Below, piece after piece: positions 35,389 through 45,985 of a DNA stretch of 64,000 bases. The DNA is taken from sequence record OM386654.1, one strand, 5' to 3'. Position numbers and translations under genes: made by a program. Below the pieces are notes generated by a model that did not search any database, had not been told where the DNA came from, and saw only the letters and a list, made by a program, of their open reading frames with translations. The stretch is from Escherichia phage vB_EcoM_ESCO9. How positions within the stretch are numbered: the stretch's first letter is position 1; each line of letters opens with the position of its first letter.

Positions 35389-36876
35389 TTAGACTCCGTA
35401 CTCGTAGGAAATATTATCAAGGTCAAAGGATGGTACAACATTGTACGCTGGAGTGATATCTCCCTCATTATATTTACTGTCATCCTCAGTATTAAGTTTA
35501 ACATAAACACGGAGAGAAGTCAAGCGTCCGAACGCAAGTGCAGAATAAATTACACCTTTTATCTGATCGTTAGTTACTGTTGACCCTAGCTCAAAATAAG
35601 CCTGTAAGTTTGCAAGAGCAGAAACAATATTTTCCCTTTCTGTTGTACTTAGCACACTACCATTGCCAGTTTGATACACCAGTTTAAGTGAATATTCAGC
35701 ATTGTCACCAGGAGAAAAACGAATTACTTCTTGACCGCCATCTTCTGTTACGATAGTAATTGCTGTTGTACCATAGGTTAAGGTGTTAATAGGCTTAGTA
35801 TTATAAATAACCTGTGCAACTTCTTCTGCTGTACCACCATACACAATAGTCTGGAATGTCATAGCTGGAGCATGTTCCTGATCATGTAATGTAGGGTTAT
35901 CATAAATCTTAACCTTTGTCACACCATCTGTCAGTAGCAGGGCTTTAACAATAGCAGCACGAGTAGCAGCATTAGCTTCATCCATATTATCATTGAAACG
36001 AGAACGGAATTCTGCATCTGTTTCAACATCTGTACCTGGAGAGAATGGATAGAAGTTACCTGTATCTAAAAAGCCTGTAAACGTTGAAGAAATACCTGTG
36101 ATACTTTCTGTACCTACTGGATTATAACCAACGTCTGAACACGTAACTGGAATTTCACTCCATTTTGTACCAATTGCAATAGATGCGTAAAATTTCACTG
36201 GTGTTACTAGACCTATTGGGTTAACATTATCTTCTGGATTATAACCCATATAAACATTACTAGCATCATTCCATACTAAAGCACGATCTGTTGTTGATAC
36301 GTTAGCTTTAATGAAATTCGTGAGATCTAAAATAAAGTTTGTATTGCTAGGACTTAATGTTTTACTGTTAAGACCACCATCAATAGCACTTTGAATGTAG
36401 AAAGTAATAGAAGTTTCACCAGAAGCTGTTGCGTTTGCTTTAGAAATGGTGTATGCTCCAATCTTAGCATTCAACATTGTTGGTGCACTGACATAATATG
36501 TCAAATCGTTATCGGCATTAAAATAAACATCTGTGCTTAGTTCATAAGTCCAAGCTGCCTTATTGTTAGATTTAACATAAGCATAACCACTACCAGCAGA
36601 AGCAGCTTTACGATAAAAACCTCTTTTAGAGAAGATTTCATCAAGGTAAATACCTTCTGCACCATCTAAGGTTTGGGTATTGTAAACACCTTGCATACCT
36701 TCCCAAAGGGTGTAATCTGTATATGCAATAATACGAAACAGTTGACCAAAGACAGTATCTTCAGATGTAGCTGTATCTGCACCGAAAGTGTTTTTCAATG
36801 CTGTCATATAATTATTTAAAATATCATCAAACGTTGGAATTACAAAACCAGCATCTGTTAAACCATAATCTGCCAT
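35389..36876 (-). CDS. Baseplate wedge protein (gpJ-like), tentative
   Basis: 495 aa; size and position in baseplate cluster. Confidence 0.4.
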   Translation of the reverse strand: MADYGLTDAGFVIPTFDDILNNYMTALKNTFGADTATSEDTVFGQLFRIIAYTDYTLWEGMQGVYNTQTLDGAEGIYLDEIFSKRGFYRKAASAGSGYAYVKSNNKAAWTYELSTDVYFNADNDLTYYVSAPTMLNAKIGAYTISKANATASGETSITFYIQSAIDGGLNSKTLSPSNTNFILDLTNFIKANVSTTDRALVWNDASNVYMGYNPEDNVNPIGLVTPVKFYASIAIGTKWSEIPVTCSDVGYNPVGTESITGISSTFTGFLDTGNFYPFSPGTDVETDAEFRSRFNDNMDEANAATRAAIVKALLLTDGVTKVKIYDNPTLHDQEHAPAMTFQTIVYGGTAEEVAQVIYNTKPINTLTYGTTAITIVTEDGGQEVIRFSPGDNAEYSLKLVYQTGNGSVLSTTERENIVSALANLQAYFELGSTVTNDQIKGVIYSALAFGRLTSLRVYVKLNTEDDSKYNEGDITPAYNVVPSFDLDNISYEYGV

Positions 36877-37121
36877 TAGTTATCCTCCTTATCAGGGGCA
36901 GGTGATCTGCCCCAACGTAAATCTATTAAATTCTTCATTAGTCTGGATGGTGTGATCATAAAAACAAAAGCCCAGCCCATCCATTCAGGAATTTCTTTAT
37001 CAATTCCCAAATAAATAAACATACTGGACATAACAATCATACCAATAGCATTCCAAACTTTAGTAGAACTGACTTTATTATCAGGATATGTACAGAACAT
37101 ACCTATTAAAAATTTTCTCAT
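36876..37121 (-). CDS. Small membrane protein with two TM helices (holin-like topology)
   Basis: VWNAIGMIVMSSMFIYLGI and WMGWAFVFMITP hydrophobic segments; charged C-terminus. Confidence 0.35.
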   Translation of the reverse strand: MRKFLIGMFCTYPDNKVSSTKVWNAIGMIVMSSMFIYLGIDKEIPEWMGWAFVFMITPSRLMKNLIDLRWGRSPAPDKEDN

Positions 37122-37630
37122 GGTGCGTTCTCATTACTTTTTAAATCACGATATACAGCTAATTCCCCAAGGTCTACAGAACCCGCTGAATGCACAAGTA
37201 CAGCAGCACTAAGACTAATGGCAGTAGTACCTGGGGCAATATCAGCAGGTAGGGAAAGCGGGGTTTCTGTTACCAACTTGCATCTATATAAAACGTTGGA
37301 GATGTAGTTGTGGACCCTTCAATCGATATTTGTCCTGTTGAAGCATTAATGGTGGCCATTGCCATGCCAAATGAAACGCCATCAGCAGTGAACGGTACAG
37401 GGACATTTTTGGTTACTTTTGGTCTGCACCACCTTGGCAGCGTTGGAATTATCATAACTTGGTATTTTTGTAATCGACTGTAGAGTAAGGTCAGTGGCTA
37501 AAACCACTCCAGTGTCAGTAAGAAAGTTGGAAACTGTGCTTTTAACAGTCTTATCAGGTTGGTCTAAAACCAGGTAATCTGAACCATTAACTTTTGATGT
37601 TTCGGGTAAATTAGTAATTGTAGTTGACAT
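37119..37630 (-). pseudogene. Tail-fiber-related gene apparently disrupted by two frameshifts
   Basis: Three consecutive overlapping reading frames (37630-37382, 37455-37270, ~37280-37118) each encode protein-like sequence; first segment shares N-terminal motif with 42683-43156 gene. Confidence 0.35.
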
Positions 37631-37638
37631 TTTTACTC

Positions 37639-39798
37639 CTATATATAAAATTTTTGTGTTGTTACTAAATCTTCTCCAGATTTAGTGGCTAATGTAATTC
37701 CACTTATGGTGGCAATCGTAACATTTACCTGTTTAAGAGTGATATCTTGCAAATAGCAATTCAAAGGCACATTACCCATATAAAAAACTTGGGATTTTGA
37801 ATTAAGAACAGTTATTGAATCATGCATTATTTGTGGATAAGCCCATATGTATTGATATAAACCAACAAACTTCTGGTCATTCAATACAATATTACCTATA
37901 ATCATTTTCCACAAATATGTCCTATAGTTTGATTCAGGATCAAAGCCATATAATGGTGCTAGAGTTGCATCTGGAACAAACCCTGCAAGATAATGTATCT
38001 TATCATAACTAAAACCTAGTTGCTCATTAGGTATTGTGATAGCGTCAAAAGATCTTTCCATCTTACCTTCCAACAACCAATCATAACATTCTGAACAATA
38101 AAAATCAAAGTTTTCTGGGATATAATAATCTTTAGGGAAGTTAACAAATTCCATCATACCGTTACCTAAGATGGATGGTACAAATGGTAACAATGTAACT
38201 TTTGCCCCAGGATATGCTAATCTAGTATCTGTTGCAAATTTAGCAACACGCAGTCCTAATGTTTTAGATAGGAATGCATAATATTCATCATATGGTGTAC
38301 CAGTTTTATAATTCTTAACTGTACCAACATCTTGTGCATATAATCCAGTTTCATTATTAAATGCAACTTTGGTTGTATAATCATAAATACACGGTAGATT
38401 GGTAGCTGTATTATACCACCACCACGGTTCACCAACCTGAATAATAACCGGAAGATCATTAGCAGCGGATATAGAAGCTATCTTATTTATTACACCTTGT
38501 AAATAATTCATCCCTTCATCAATTGAAGGAGATAAAACATAACTTGGTGGCTCATAACCTGTAGCAGCCAGATCATCATTCCAAGTATGTTGTACCCATT
38601 CTACAGGACACACTGTACTCATAAGTTCAAAACTTAAGGAGTTCATTACTGTGTAGCCCATAGCTTTTGCATTAGCGTGGAAGTTATCAAACCAGGCTTC
38701 TGTTGCTGGGTTTAAATATTCTGTTCTGTTCAAAGCCCATTTATTAGAGCCAGCGTCCCAACTAAATTGATAATAATGTGACATACCATTATAGTGGTTA
38801 ATCATATCCCTATAACCTAATCTGTAGGTGTTAGAAATAACTCGCTCTGGGGTAAGGTTATACATATCATCATAAGATGTACACATTCTTATGGTGTGTG
38901 CTGGAACATTTAAATTACCCATATTCATCATACTATAACCCGTATCAGGTTCCAGTATGGTAAACTTAAAGGAAAGATCCTCATTGTCTACAGGAATAAT
39001 ATCTTCAATTTCTTGATACCTTGTGGAGATCAAGGAGAAGAACATATTATCTATCTGTGTAGTGTCAACAACAATATCATTTTCTGGCCCAGATTTTAAA
39101 TTTGAGAAATCTAATTTTATTGTTGCTGTTTTACCATCCTCTGAAACTTCTTCTGCATAAAAGTTTAGAGATACATAATGAACTGTTTCATCCTTCAGTG
39201 TCACTGTTAAGGATGGCAATAATTTTTCTTCTTTTAATCCAGGAACACCTTGACTAAGTTCCATTTTAAACCAAAGTTTCTCTTTACTTAAGTCAGAATG
39301 TTCTTGGTAGCCTAATCCTTTGTGATCATATTTATCGTAAGTTGACCAAATAATCCCAGCAAGACCAGCCACTGTCCTATTAACCATTCTTGCTGTGAAA
39401 GAATCACCATTAGAGATAATAGAACAACTTTCTGTTGCTTGAGAATCTATTGTCCAAAACTTAGGATCAAACATTCTAGACTTCACAACAGGCCAAGTTA
39501 GCGGGGTTGTATTCGATTGATCAGTCGTAATAACACAACGAATTTCTTCATTGATCATCATGTTATTTTGACTTATGCTAGTAATCTCAAGAGTAAAATA
39601 AAGATCTAAAGAGTTTGCCGGACGTTCATATACATCAACCACTACAGTAGCAGAATCTGCATCAGAAGGGAACGTTACTGTTCCCTGTTTAGCTACATAA
39701 TCTCTACCAGCGACCGCCGTTCCATCGACGGTCTTATAGCTGAATGAACTGGCATTTACTCTCGTATTTCGAGTTACAGTAAAAATAGCCTGTTTCAT
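37639..39798 (-). CDS. Tail/baseplate protein with N-terminal Calx-beta-like domain
   Basis: FSYKTVDGTAVAGRDYVAKQGTVTFPSDADSATVVVDV resembles Calx-beta motif. Confidence 0.45.
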   Translation of the reverse strand: MKQAIFTVTRNTRVNASSFSYKTVDGTAVAGRDYVAKQGTVTFPSDADSATVVVDVYERPANSLDLYFTLEITSISQNNMMINEEIRCVITTDQSNTTPLTWPVVKSRMFDPKFWTIDSQATESCSIISNGDSFTARMVNRTVAGLAGIIWSTYDKYDHKGLGYQEHSDLSKEKLWFKMELSQGVPGLKEEKLLPSLTVTLKDETVHYVSLNFYAEEVSEDGKTATIKLDFSNLKSGPENDIVVDTTQIDNMFFSLISTRYQEIEDIIPVDNEDLSFKFTILEPDTGYSMMNMGNLNVPAHTIRMCTSYDDMYNLTPERVISNTYRLGYRDMINHYNGMSHYYQFSWDAGSNKWALNRTEYLNPATEAWFDNFHANAKAMGYTVMNSLSFELMSTVCPVEWVQHTWNDDLAATGYEPPSYVLSPSIDEGMNYLQGVINKIASISAANDLPVIIQVGEPWWWYNTATNLPCIYDYTTKVAFNNETGLYAQDVGTVKNYKTGTPYDEYYAFLSKTLGLRVAKFATDTRLAYPGAKVTLLPFVPSILGNGMMEFVNFPKDYYIPENFDFYCSECYDWLLEGKMERSFDAITIPNEQLGFSYDKIHYLAGFVPDATLAPLYGFDPESNYRTYLWKMIIGNIVLNDQKFVGLYQYIWAYPQIMHDSITVLNSKSQVFYMGNVPLNCYLQDITLKQVNVTIATISGITLATKSGEDLVTTQKFYI

Positions 39799-39806
39799 TA
39801 TTTTCC

Positions 39807-42683
39807 TTATTTGGTTACATCAACACTAATATCATTCATAGTTAGAACAGTTAGTGTTGGTATGTTACTATTATCCAAAATTGGTAAAGCGTTTTGAGGG
39901 TTTAGTTTACGATACAAGGCATATAAACCAAAACCACGTAATAGTTCTCCAGCATGGAAACCAAAGAACATTCCGTTATCTGAATCTGGGCGTGGTGCAA
40001 CACTCCAGCAACCATTCATCGGATGGTTAGGGGAAAGCACAATATAGTTTTGCTGAATCAGATCAAAACATCTGTCTGCTACAATACCAATGTTTGGAAT
40101 TTGTGAATCATAACCTGCCAAGCCCATGATTGAACAACCAGCCATAAACAGTGCAGACATATGACTAGTAAAGTCATCAATAGGTGCAAGAACTGTACCA
40201 TCTGGGTTAAAGATAGTTGGTGTTCTTCCATCATTATTGTCTTGGAACCATTTAAGGTAGTTGATCCAATTTTTACAAACAGTTACTAGTTTTTCAGGAG
40301 GTGTTTCTCCTCTTTGTACAAGTTCGTATACAGTATGACAAGCACAGTAGAATGCACGAGCTTCATAACCATCCCACGCTTTTTCATTCCAGTGTTTCAT
40401 TGTAAACGTATTAGGTTCACCGTATTTTCTTGCATCCCAACGATCCCACACATATGCTTGTGCCATAGGCCCAGGCATCACAGGATCAAACGTGTTATAA
40501 AACCACATTTGAGCATCATACAAGAAATCAATACTGTTGTTTAAACGTGTCCAATCAATATCCCTACCTGCGAAACAGTATAAGGAAGGATACTGGTATC
40601 CTGGGTATGGAATACCACGCCATCCATCGTATAATGCAGTGTTTGGGTCACTGATATTAGAGAATGGAATTATTCCTGGTGTGTAATTAAGACTATTTAA
40701 CTTATAGTCAATAATAGTACAATCACCTAACTTAGCAGTATGAGGACTTGAAGCCTGTACAGTAATACGGAAGTACATGGTATAATCATCACCAGAAGAT
40801 GACGAATATCTTTCAGGTACATCGTTAATACAATAGAAATCTATTGTTCCTGTTAAACCATTGACAGGAGCCGTATCAAGAACTAAATTTACCTGATCTA
40901 CAGCAGTAAGATTTATTGCTGAAGGTTTAGGATCTGTTTCTGGATGATTAGGCTGGTAAGCACTTAACTTAAAAGCAGAGGCTGATAAAGTCTTCGTACT
41001 CCATGCCCCTTGCGTTTTAGGCAGCATAGCCCACCATCTCCAACCTTGATCATCCGTGATAGTCATGTTAAAGTCATCTTCATATGTTCTATATGTAATA
41101 GACTTAACATTAGCTTTTGATGTAGGAGTTAACCAAAAACCAACAGTAACACCACCATCCGTATCCATTGATGCAGTAACAATCTGGTCATTATTAGTTC
41201 CAGCAATACCTGTTACATACTTATATTGTACCACAGTATTGTCACCCCAGTCAACAATAATTCGCGGATCTGCGATAATATATGTTCCACCACTAGGAGG
41301 GGTACTTCTCATAAAGCTGGATAGTGGAATATCCATGCTTGTCATATTAGCTGTACCTAGTGGTAAGCCACAGCGGTAAGTTACTGTGTTATTTTCATCT
41401 TTGGTCTTACTTAATTCCAACTCTGGACGGAAAAGAATACCATGTCCTGCGTCATCTACACCTTGAAACTGGACTCGTAACTTAGAGTTCTGATCAACTT
41501 TAAACCAAATGGCTTGCTGTTCTAATGTTGTTTGAGCAGCAACATCTTGTCTAATAACAATATAGCCTAAAGTATCTCTTGAATATTTAGGTATTGCTGT
41601 AGATGGATACGAATAATCGTAAGAGATGCCATCTGTAAACGGGATAGTTGCATATGTAGACTTACGGAAGAATTTATCAAACATATCAATGTTTGAGTAA
41701 TCTTGACACACTAACAGTGAAGACTGCCAGCATAGCCAATATTTTCTTTCTCCTGTAATTTGGTACATCAGGTAATTAGCATCACACCACCAAGTTTCAG
41801 CATCTGACGCATTATCCTGAAAGCCCATTTCTACCGGAACGTTAACTGGTCTGTTATGCCACATAGTGTTACGCTCCATTAAATAACCACCGTGTTCAAC
41901 AGGGTTACAAGTCGCGTAGTTAAATTTATATGTACCGTTTACAGAAGTATTTTTTAGTTGAACTGTTCCGTATTGAGATGTTGGAAAACCTTCTTCTAAG
42001 ATATTCCCATCCCAGTCAACTTTACGTCCTAGACGATCAATGATCCAATCAACATCCCATTGATCTCCCTTCTTAGACCAATCTGTTGTACCATCTGCAT
42101 TAACAGCATACACTGTAGCGTTTACAGAGTTCCATCCTAGATTACCATTAAAAGCAAACCATGCTTTGTCAAGGTATTCTCCCCAATGAGGAGCACCATG
42201 AGGAATAACTGTTCTGCCGTTAGTCCACGTCATTAAGCTACCCTTAAAACCTCCGTGTGTAGGGTAGCCATCATCTGTAAGAGGATAGTGCGCAAGACGT
42301 GGTTCTTTACCGTTAATAATCCAGTTAGGGCGATATTTTGCTGGCGGATCTGGGATAGGTTGACCACCAAAGAAGTAATCTATATAGGCTTGCCAATATT
42401 TTTTAGCAGAGTCTAAATACTTTGTATCGCCGGAAGCCAGGTATGCATAAGCGCAACCAAGAATAAGCACGGATTGACCTTCTGTTGTAGCATCCCCGTT
42501 TGGTTGCCCTTCTTGAGCAGTCCAGTTTATAAAGTGTCTGTTATTAGCTAGAACGTTTTGTGGGTTTAATACATAGTGTTGCACTGTAGGATCTACAGTT
42601 AAACCTGTATTACGATCTAAGAACTGAATATGTCCATCGATCAGTTGAAAAACATTGTCAATTCTGTGCTTAATTCTTGACAT
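39807..42683 (-). CDS. Large tail/baseplate-associated protein (958 aa), possible carbohydrate-active domain
   Basis: Size and position; aromatic-rich segments; no definitive motif. Confidence 0.45.
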   Translation of the reverse strand: MSRIKHRIDNVFQLIDGHIQFLDRNTGLTVDPTVQHYVLNPQNVLANNRHFINWTAQEGQPNGDATTEGQSVLILGCAYAYLASGDTKYLDSAKKYWQAYIDYFFGGQPIPDPPAKYRPNWIINGKEPRLAHYPLTDDGYPTHGGFKGSLMTWTNGRTVIPHGAPHWGEYLDKAWFAFNGNLGWNSVNATVYAVNADGTTDWSKKGDQWDVDWIIDRLGRKVDWDGNILEEGFPTSQYGTVQLKNTSVNGTYKFNYATCNPVEHGGYLMERNTMWHNRPVNVPVEMGFQDNASDAETWWCDANYLMYQITGERKYWLCWQSSLLVCQDYSNIDMFDKFFRKSTYATIPFTDGISYDYSYPSTAIPKYSRDTLGYIVIRQDVAAQTTLEQQAIWFKVDQNSKLRVQFQGVDDAGHGILFRPELELSKTKDENNTVTYRCGLPLGTANMTSMDIPLSSFMRSTPPSGGTYIIADPRIIVDWGDNTVVQYKYVTGIAGTNNDQIVTASMDTDGGVTVGFWLTPTSKANVKSITYRTYEDDFNMTITDDQGWRWWAMLPKTQGAWSTKTLSASAFKLSAYQPNHPETDPKPSAINLTAVDQVNLVLDTAPVNGLTGTIDFYCINDVPERYSSSSGDDYTMYFRITVQASSPHTAKLGDCTIIDYKLNSLNYTPGIIPFSNISDPNTALYDGWRGIPYPGYQYPSLYCFAGRDIDWTRLNNSIDFLYDAQMWFYNTFDPVMPGPMAQAYVWDRWDARKYGEPNTFTMKHWNEKAWDGYEARAFYCACHTVYELVQRGETPPEKLVTVCKNWINYLKWFQDNNDGRTPTIFNPDGTVLAPIDDFTSHMSALFMAGCSIMGLAGYDSQIPNIGIVADRCFDLIQQNYIVLSPNHPMNGCWSVAPRPDSDNGMFFGFHAGELLRGFGLYALYRKLNPQNALPILDNSNIPTLTVLTMNDISVDVTK

Positions 42684-43156
42684 TAAATCACTCCTGCCAT
42701 CACTAAACTACCTATCCAGGTAGCTCCATTATCATAACTAACAAATTCAAAAATATCTGTAGCTCCCTGTTTATAACTCAAAACAGGAGCGCGACCAAAA
42801 CTCCATTTAACAGATTGAGGCCACGTTACTTTATTTGCTCCACTGCCTTGACGTAGGGATAGAGTAAAGTTTTGAACAATGTTAGTTGTAACTGGAACAT
42901 TACTAAATGAAATACTGCAAGTTGGACTAGATAAAGTGGCAGAGAAATACTCTGCCGTGCTAATATCTAAAGCTAGGGTATTTGTAACAGTACCCCTTGC
43001 AGAAAGACGATTTCGTGTAACACCAGCACCCGCAAGAAGAACACGTAATGATGTTTTCTTAGTGATGCCTGATTGATCTGTTACAAAATAATCTGTGTCT
43101 GAAACAGATGTTGTTACAGGTAGATCAGACACCTTGATTGTAGTTAAATCAGCCAT
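42683..43156 (-). CDS. Small tail-fiber-related protein (157 aa)
   Basis: N-terminal motif TIKVSDLPVTTSVSDTDYFVTDQSGITKKTSL shared with 37382-37630 segment. Confidence 0.45.
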   Translation of the reverse strand: MADLTTIKVSDLPVTTSVSDTDYFVTDQSGITKKTSLRVLLAGAGVTRNRLSARGTVTNTLALDISTAEYFSATLSSPTCSISFSNVPVTTNIVQNFTLSLRQGSGANKVTWPQSVKWSFGRAPVLSYKQGATDIFEFVSYDNGATWIGSLVMAGVI

Positions 43157-43784
43157 TATTATTTGTAGCTCCCATTGTTGCTGTTATAGCATAGTTGTAA
43201 TTGGTTGCAAGACCTTTATTGGCTTCGTTAACAAGGTATTTTTCAATCAATGCCTCGTTAGACCACTCATTCCACCAAGTAGAATAAGTATCTTTAGGAA
43301 GACCAACAATGTTAATAAAGCGATAGAGTCTATTTGCAGATTCAACAATTTCAAATGCTTCACAAGTGATTGCTGCATTATCATCACCAGCTTCTGGATA
43401 AATATATTCTTCAGACGGCTGTGTACTGAATAGCGCACTAACAACTTGTTCACCAACTGTAACAGTAACGTTCATTGAGTAATACCTATCATCTCTATCA
43501 TAAGAGGAAGTGTAGGAATTAATATTATCTATATAAACATTACTTGCGATAGTTGATAAGAAAATGCGATCAACAATCTCTTTCTTCTTGGCAACACCAA
43601 TAATCTCTTGCAGATATGGAACCCCAAAATTAGAATTGAGGAACCATTCTCCACGGAAAGTTCTAAGTGTTATTCCAAGCGTCTGTGCTGCAATTTCACT
43701 TTTAGTTGTGGTTAGTGTTAAATCACCATCCACCATTACTAAATCGTTAGAACCATCAAGTTTTAAATCAAATGGTATTCCCAT
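43149..43784 (-). CDS. Baseplate protein (211 aa)
   Basis: Position in baseplate cluster. Confidence 0.4.
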   Translation of the reverse strand: MGIPFDLKLDGSNDLVMVDGDLTLTTTKSEIAAQTLGITLRTFRGEWFLNSNFGVPYLQEIIGVAKKKEIVDRIFLSTIASNVYIDNINSYTSSYDRDDRYYSMNVTVTVGEQVVSALFSTQPSEEYIYPEAGDDNAAITCEAFEIVESANRLYRFINIVGLPKDTYSTWWNEWSNEALIEKYLVNEANKGLATNYNYAITATMGATNNNG

Positions 43785-43787
43785 CTG

Positions 43788-44525
43788 TTAACCTCCATTT
43801 GGTTTGTCGGAAGTAACAGTGCTACCACCAGTTTCAACACCGCGCACAGGGTGTGTATGTGTGTGTAAACCAATGCCACCACTATCTTTCATACGACCGT
43901 CAGGTGTGATTGTTAAACCGTTTAAATTTACAGTACCACCTTTATATGTCATAGTCCCACCTTGCAGTGTAAGTTTTCCTCCTCCTGCATCAGTAAGAAC
44001 GATACTGTTTGGTGTCATATCTATTTTCATACCTTGTGTGTTGTACACAGATATATTACCGTTAGGATCAAACGAAGCGTAAGTTTGCTTATTATTTGAG
44101 ATAACAACTTTTTCAGAATCTACTTCTTCTGAAGAATCTGTAGCTGTTGCTATCTTAGGAATAAAACAGGCTGGATACAAACCACAAGGTTGAATTAATG
44201 TTCCGCTGCTGGCTGTATCTCCGTCTGTCTGGAAAGCATTCGACGGATCTCTTTCTGAAAAGACAACAACACCAATATCTCCTGCTTTAATTGGAAATGA
44301 AATTCTACCTGTACCACCACCATTTACCATAAAAGGAACATCGTGGAATGTTGGGTAATCTATTTCATCTTCAGTAGATCTGGTATTTTTTACGATAGAT
44401 TCTAAAGTTACTGTCTTAGATCCATAATCTACACCAATTACCCTTACAGGTAAAGATGTATGTACTTCCGCAACTTGCTCGTTGATTAGTCCACGGATTG
44501 CTGTTACAAAATTTAAAGCATCCAT
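43788..44525 (-). CDS. Baseplate hub/spike protein (gpV-like), tentative
   Basis: Gly-rich beta-structure-like C-terminus (GGTVNLNGLTITPDG...HTHTHP). Confidence 0.4.
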   Translation of the reverse strand: MDALNFVTAIRGLINEQVAEVHTSLPVRVIGVDYGSKTVTLESIVKNTRSTEDEIDYPTFHDVPFMVNGGGTGRISFPIKAGDIGVVVFSERDPSNAFQTDGDTASSGTLIQPCGLYPACFIPKIATATDSSEEVDSEKVVISNNKQTYASFDPNGNISVYNTQGMKIDMTPNSIVLTDAGGGKLTLQGGTMTYKGGTVNLNGLTITPDGRMKDSGGIGLHTHTHPVRGVETGGSTVTSDKPNGG

Positions 44526-44527
44526 TT

Positions 44528-45538
44528 CTAGCCCTTCTTAATAATTGCAGATACAGATACAGACTCTACTTCAGTTGTCCAGTCTTTACCTTCCCTATCA
44601 CCTGTATGAACAACAGACACCACCTTAAAACCACCATCGTAGTTATGGCTCTTGAGCCAAACAGTTTTTTCTGGTAAGATAGCACCGTTCATTTCACATC
44701 TGAACTTAACACCATCTGTAGGCTTTTTAGCTTTCTTAGAAGATTTAGTTACTTTTTGTGTCGGTTTAATATCGTTGTGGAAAGGTTCTGGACTACCAAT
44801 TAAACCTGTTTCTGCACTAATATATGCGCATCTTGCACTAGACATTTGTGATCTTGGTGTCACGTAAACAGATCCATCTTGTATCGACACATTGTGATCA
44901 ATACCTTTACAGATACTTTCTAAGTAATGTGATGTGTTACCACACATAGCTGTTGCAGATGATAAAGTTTTCTCTGTGTCTACGTGAATATTACCTTCTG
45001 TAGTACCTAAATCTTTAACTAAGTCTTTAACAACCTTACTTACTTTTGTACCTTTCGGATAACTTCGGCTTGTCCTTGCTTCGGAGATGTTAATACCACC
45101 ATCCAGACAATGTAACACTGTACGTCTGTCTGTATTGTTAAAAGTATCACTCACCCATTGCACCGTTCCCTTAAAGATCATAATTAACTCTTGACCTTCA
45201 TAACCTACTGCCAAAGCAACAGCCAAGTTGTTACGAATACCTTTGTTAATATAATTAACAGTATCATCACTTAGGTTATAAATAGTTATCTCGGCTTGAT
45301 TAGGATCTTTATTATTATCTTTTCTTATTGTGAAAGATATTTGGTGCTCCGTAATAACATACAAATTAGGGGTTGATTTTTTAGCATCCCCTAGTTTAGT
45401 ATCTAAGTCTACTGTAGATTTGAAAGAGGAATTTTTTGTCCTTTTTTCTTTAGTATTAGTAGCTGTACCTATTAATAGTTTGTATGCTCTGTTTAGATTG
45501 GGTGCAGGAGCTTTTGTGTAATTTCTTTCTTCTGCCAT
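44528..45538 (-). CDS. Baseplate/tail protein (336 aa)
   Basis: Position between spike and tape measure. Confidence 0.4.
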   Translation of the reverse strand: MAEERNYTKAPAPNLNRAYKLLIGTATNTKEKRTKNSSFKSTVDLDTKLGDAKKSTPNLYVITEHQISFTIRKDNNKDPNQAEITIYNLSDDTVNYINKGIRNNLAVALAVGYEGQELIMIFKGTVQWVSDTFNNTDRRTVLHCLDGGINISEARTSRSYPKGTKVSKVVKDLVKDLGTTEGNIHVDTEKTLSSATAMCGNTSHYLESICKGIDHNVSIQDGSVYVTPRSQMSSARCAYISAETGLIGSPEPFHNDIKPTQKVTKSSKKAKKPTDGVKFRCEMNGAILPEKTVWLKSHNYDGGFKVVSVVHTGDREGKDWTTEVESVSVSAIIKKG

Positions 45539-45554
45539 TTAAAAACTCCTTTTA

Positions 45555-45974
45555 TCATGCTTGATATGGAAGAGCGTCGATATAAACCAAAGCAAATCTT
45601 TTATCTACACCTGTGTCATAGTAATTAGGTCTACCGTTTATTTTAACAGTATCTACCAAATAGAGTTGACCATCCGGCACAGATTCTATATACTTATATG
45701 GTTCTAGAAGATCTAAACCATTGGTTACTTTAAAAGTTACACTAGGATTGTCTCCTGATAATCCTAATTGCATTTGCCACGCTTGATCTCTTGTGTTCCA
45801 TCTCAAACGTATATCATAATCTACTCCATCGAGAGTTACTGTATATGTTTGGTCTGGGTACTGTTCTGTAGGTAAGTACCAAGAATAATAACCTAAATTT
45901 CGATCAATAAATACTGCATTGTAGCCACTATTAGATGTGCTTCTACTGATCTTTGAATAAGATGAAATAGCCAA
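45555..45974 (-). CDS. Hypothetical tail protein (139 aa)
   Basis: ORF in tail cluster. Confidence 0.4.
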   Translation of the reverse strand: MAISSYSKISRSTSNSGYNAVFIDRNLGYYSWYLPTEQYPDQTYTVTLDGVDYDIRLRWNTRDQAWQMQLGLSGDNPSVTFKVTNGLDLLEPYKYIESVPDGQLYLVDTVKINGRPNYYDTGVDKRFALVYIDALPYQA

Positions 45975-45985
45975 AAATTTTCTCC

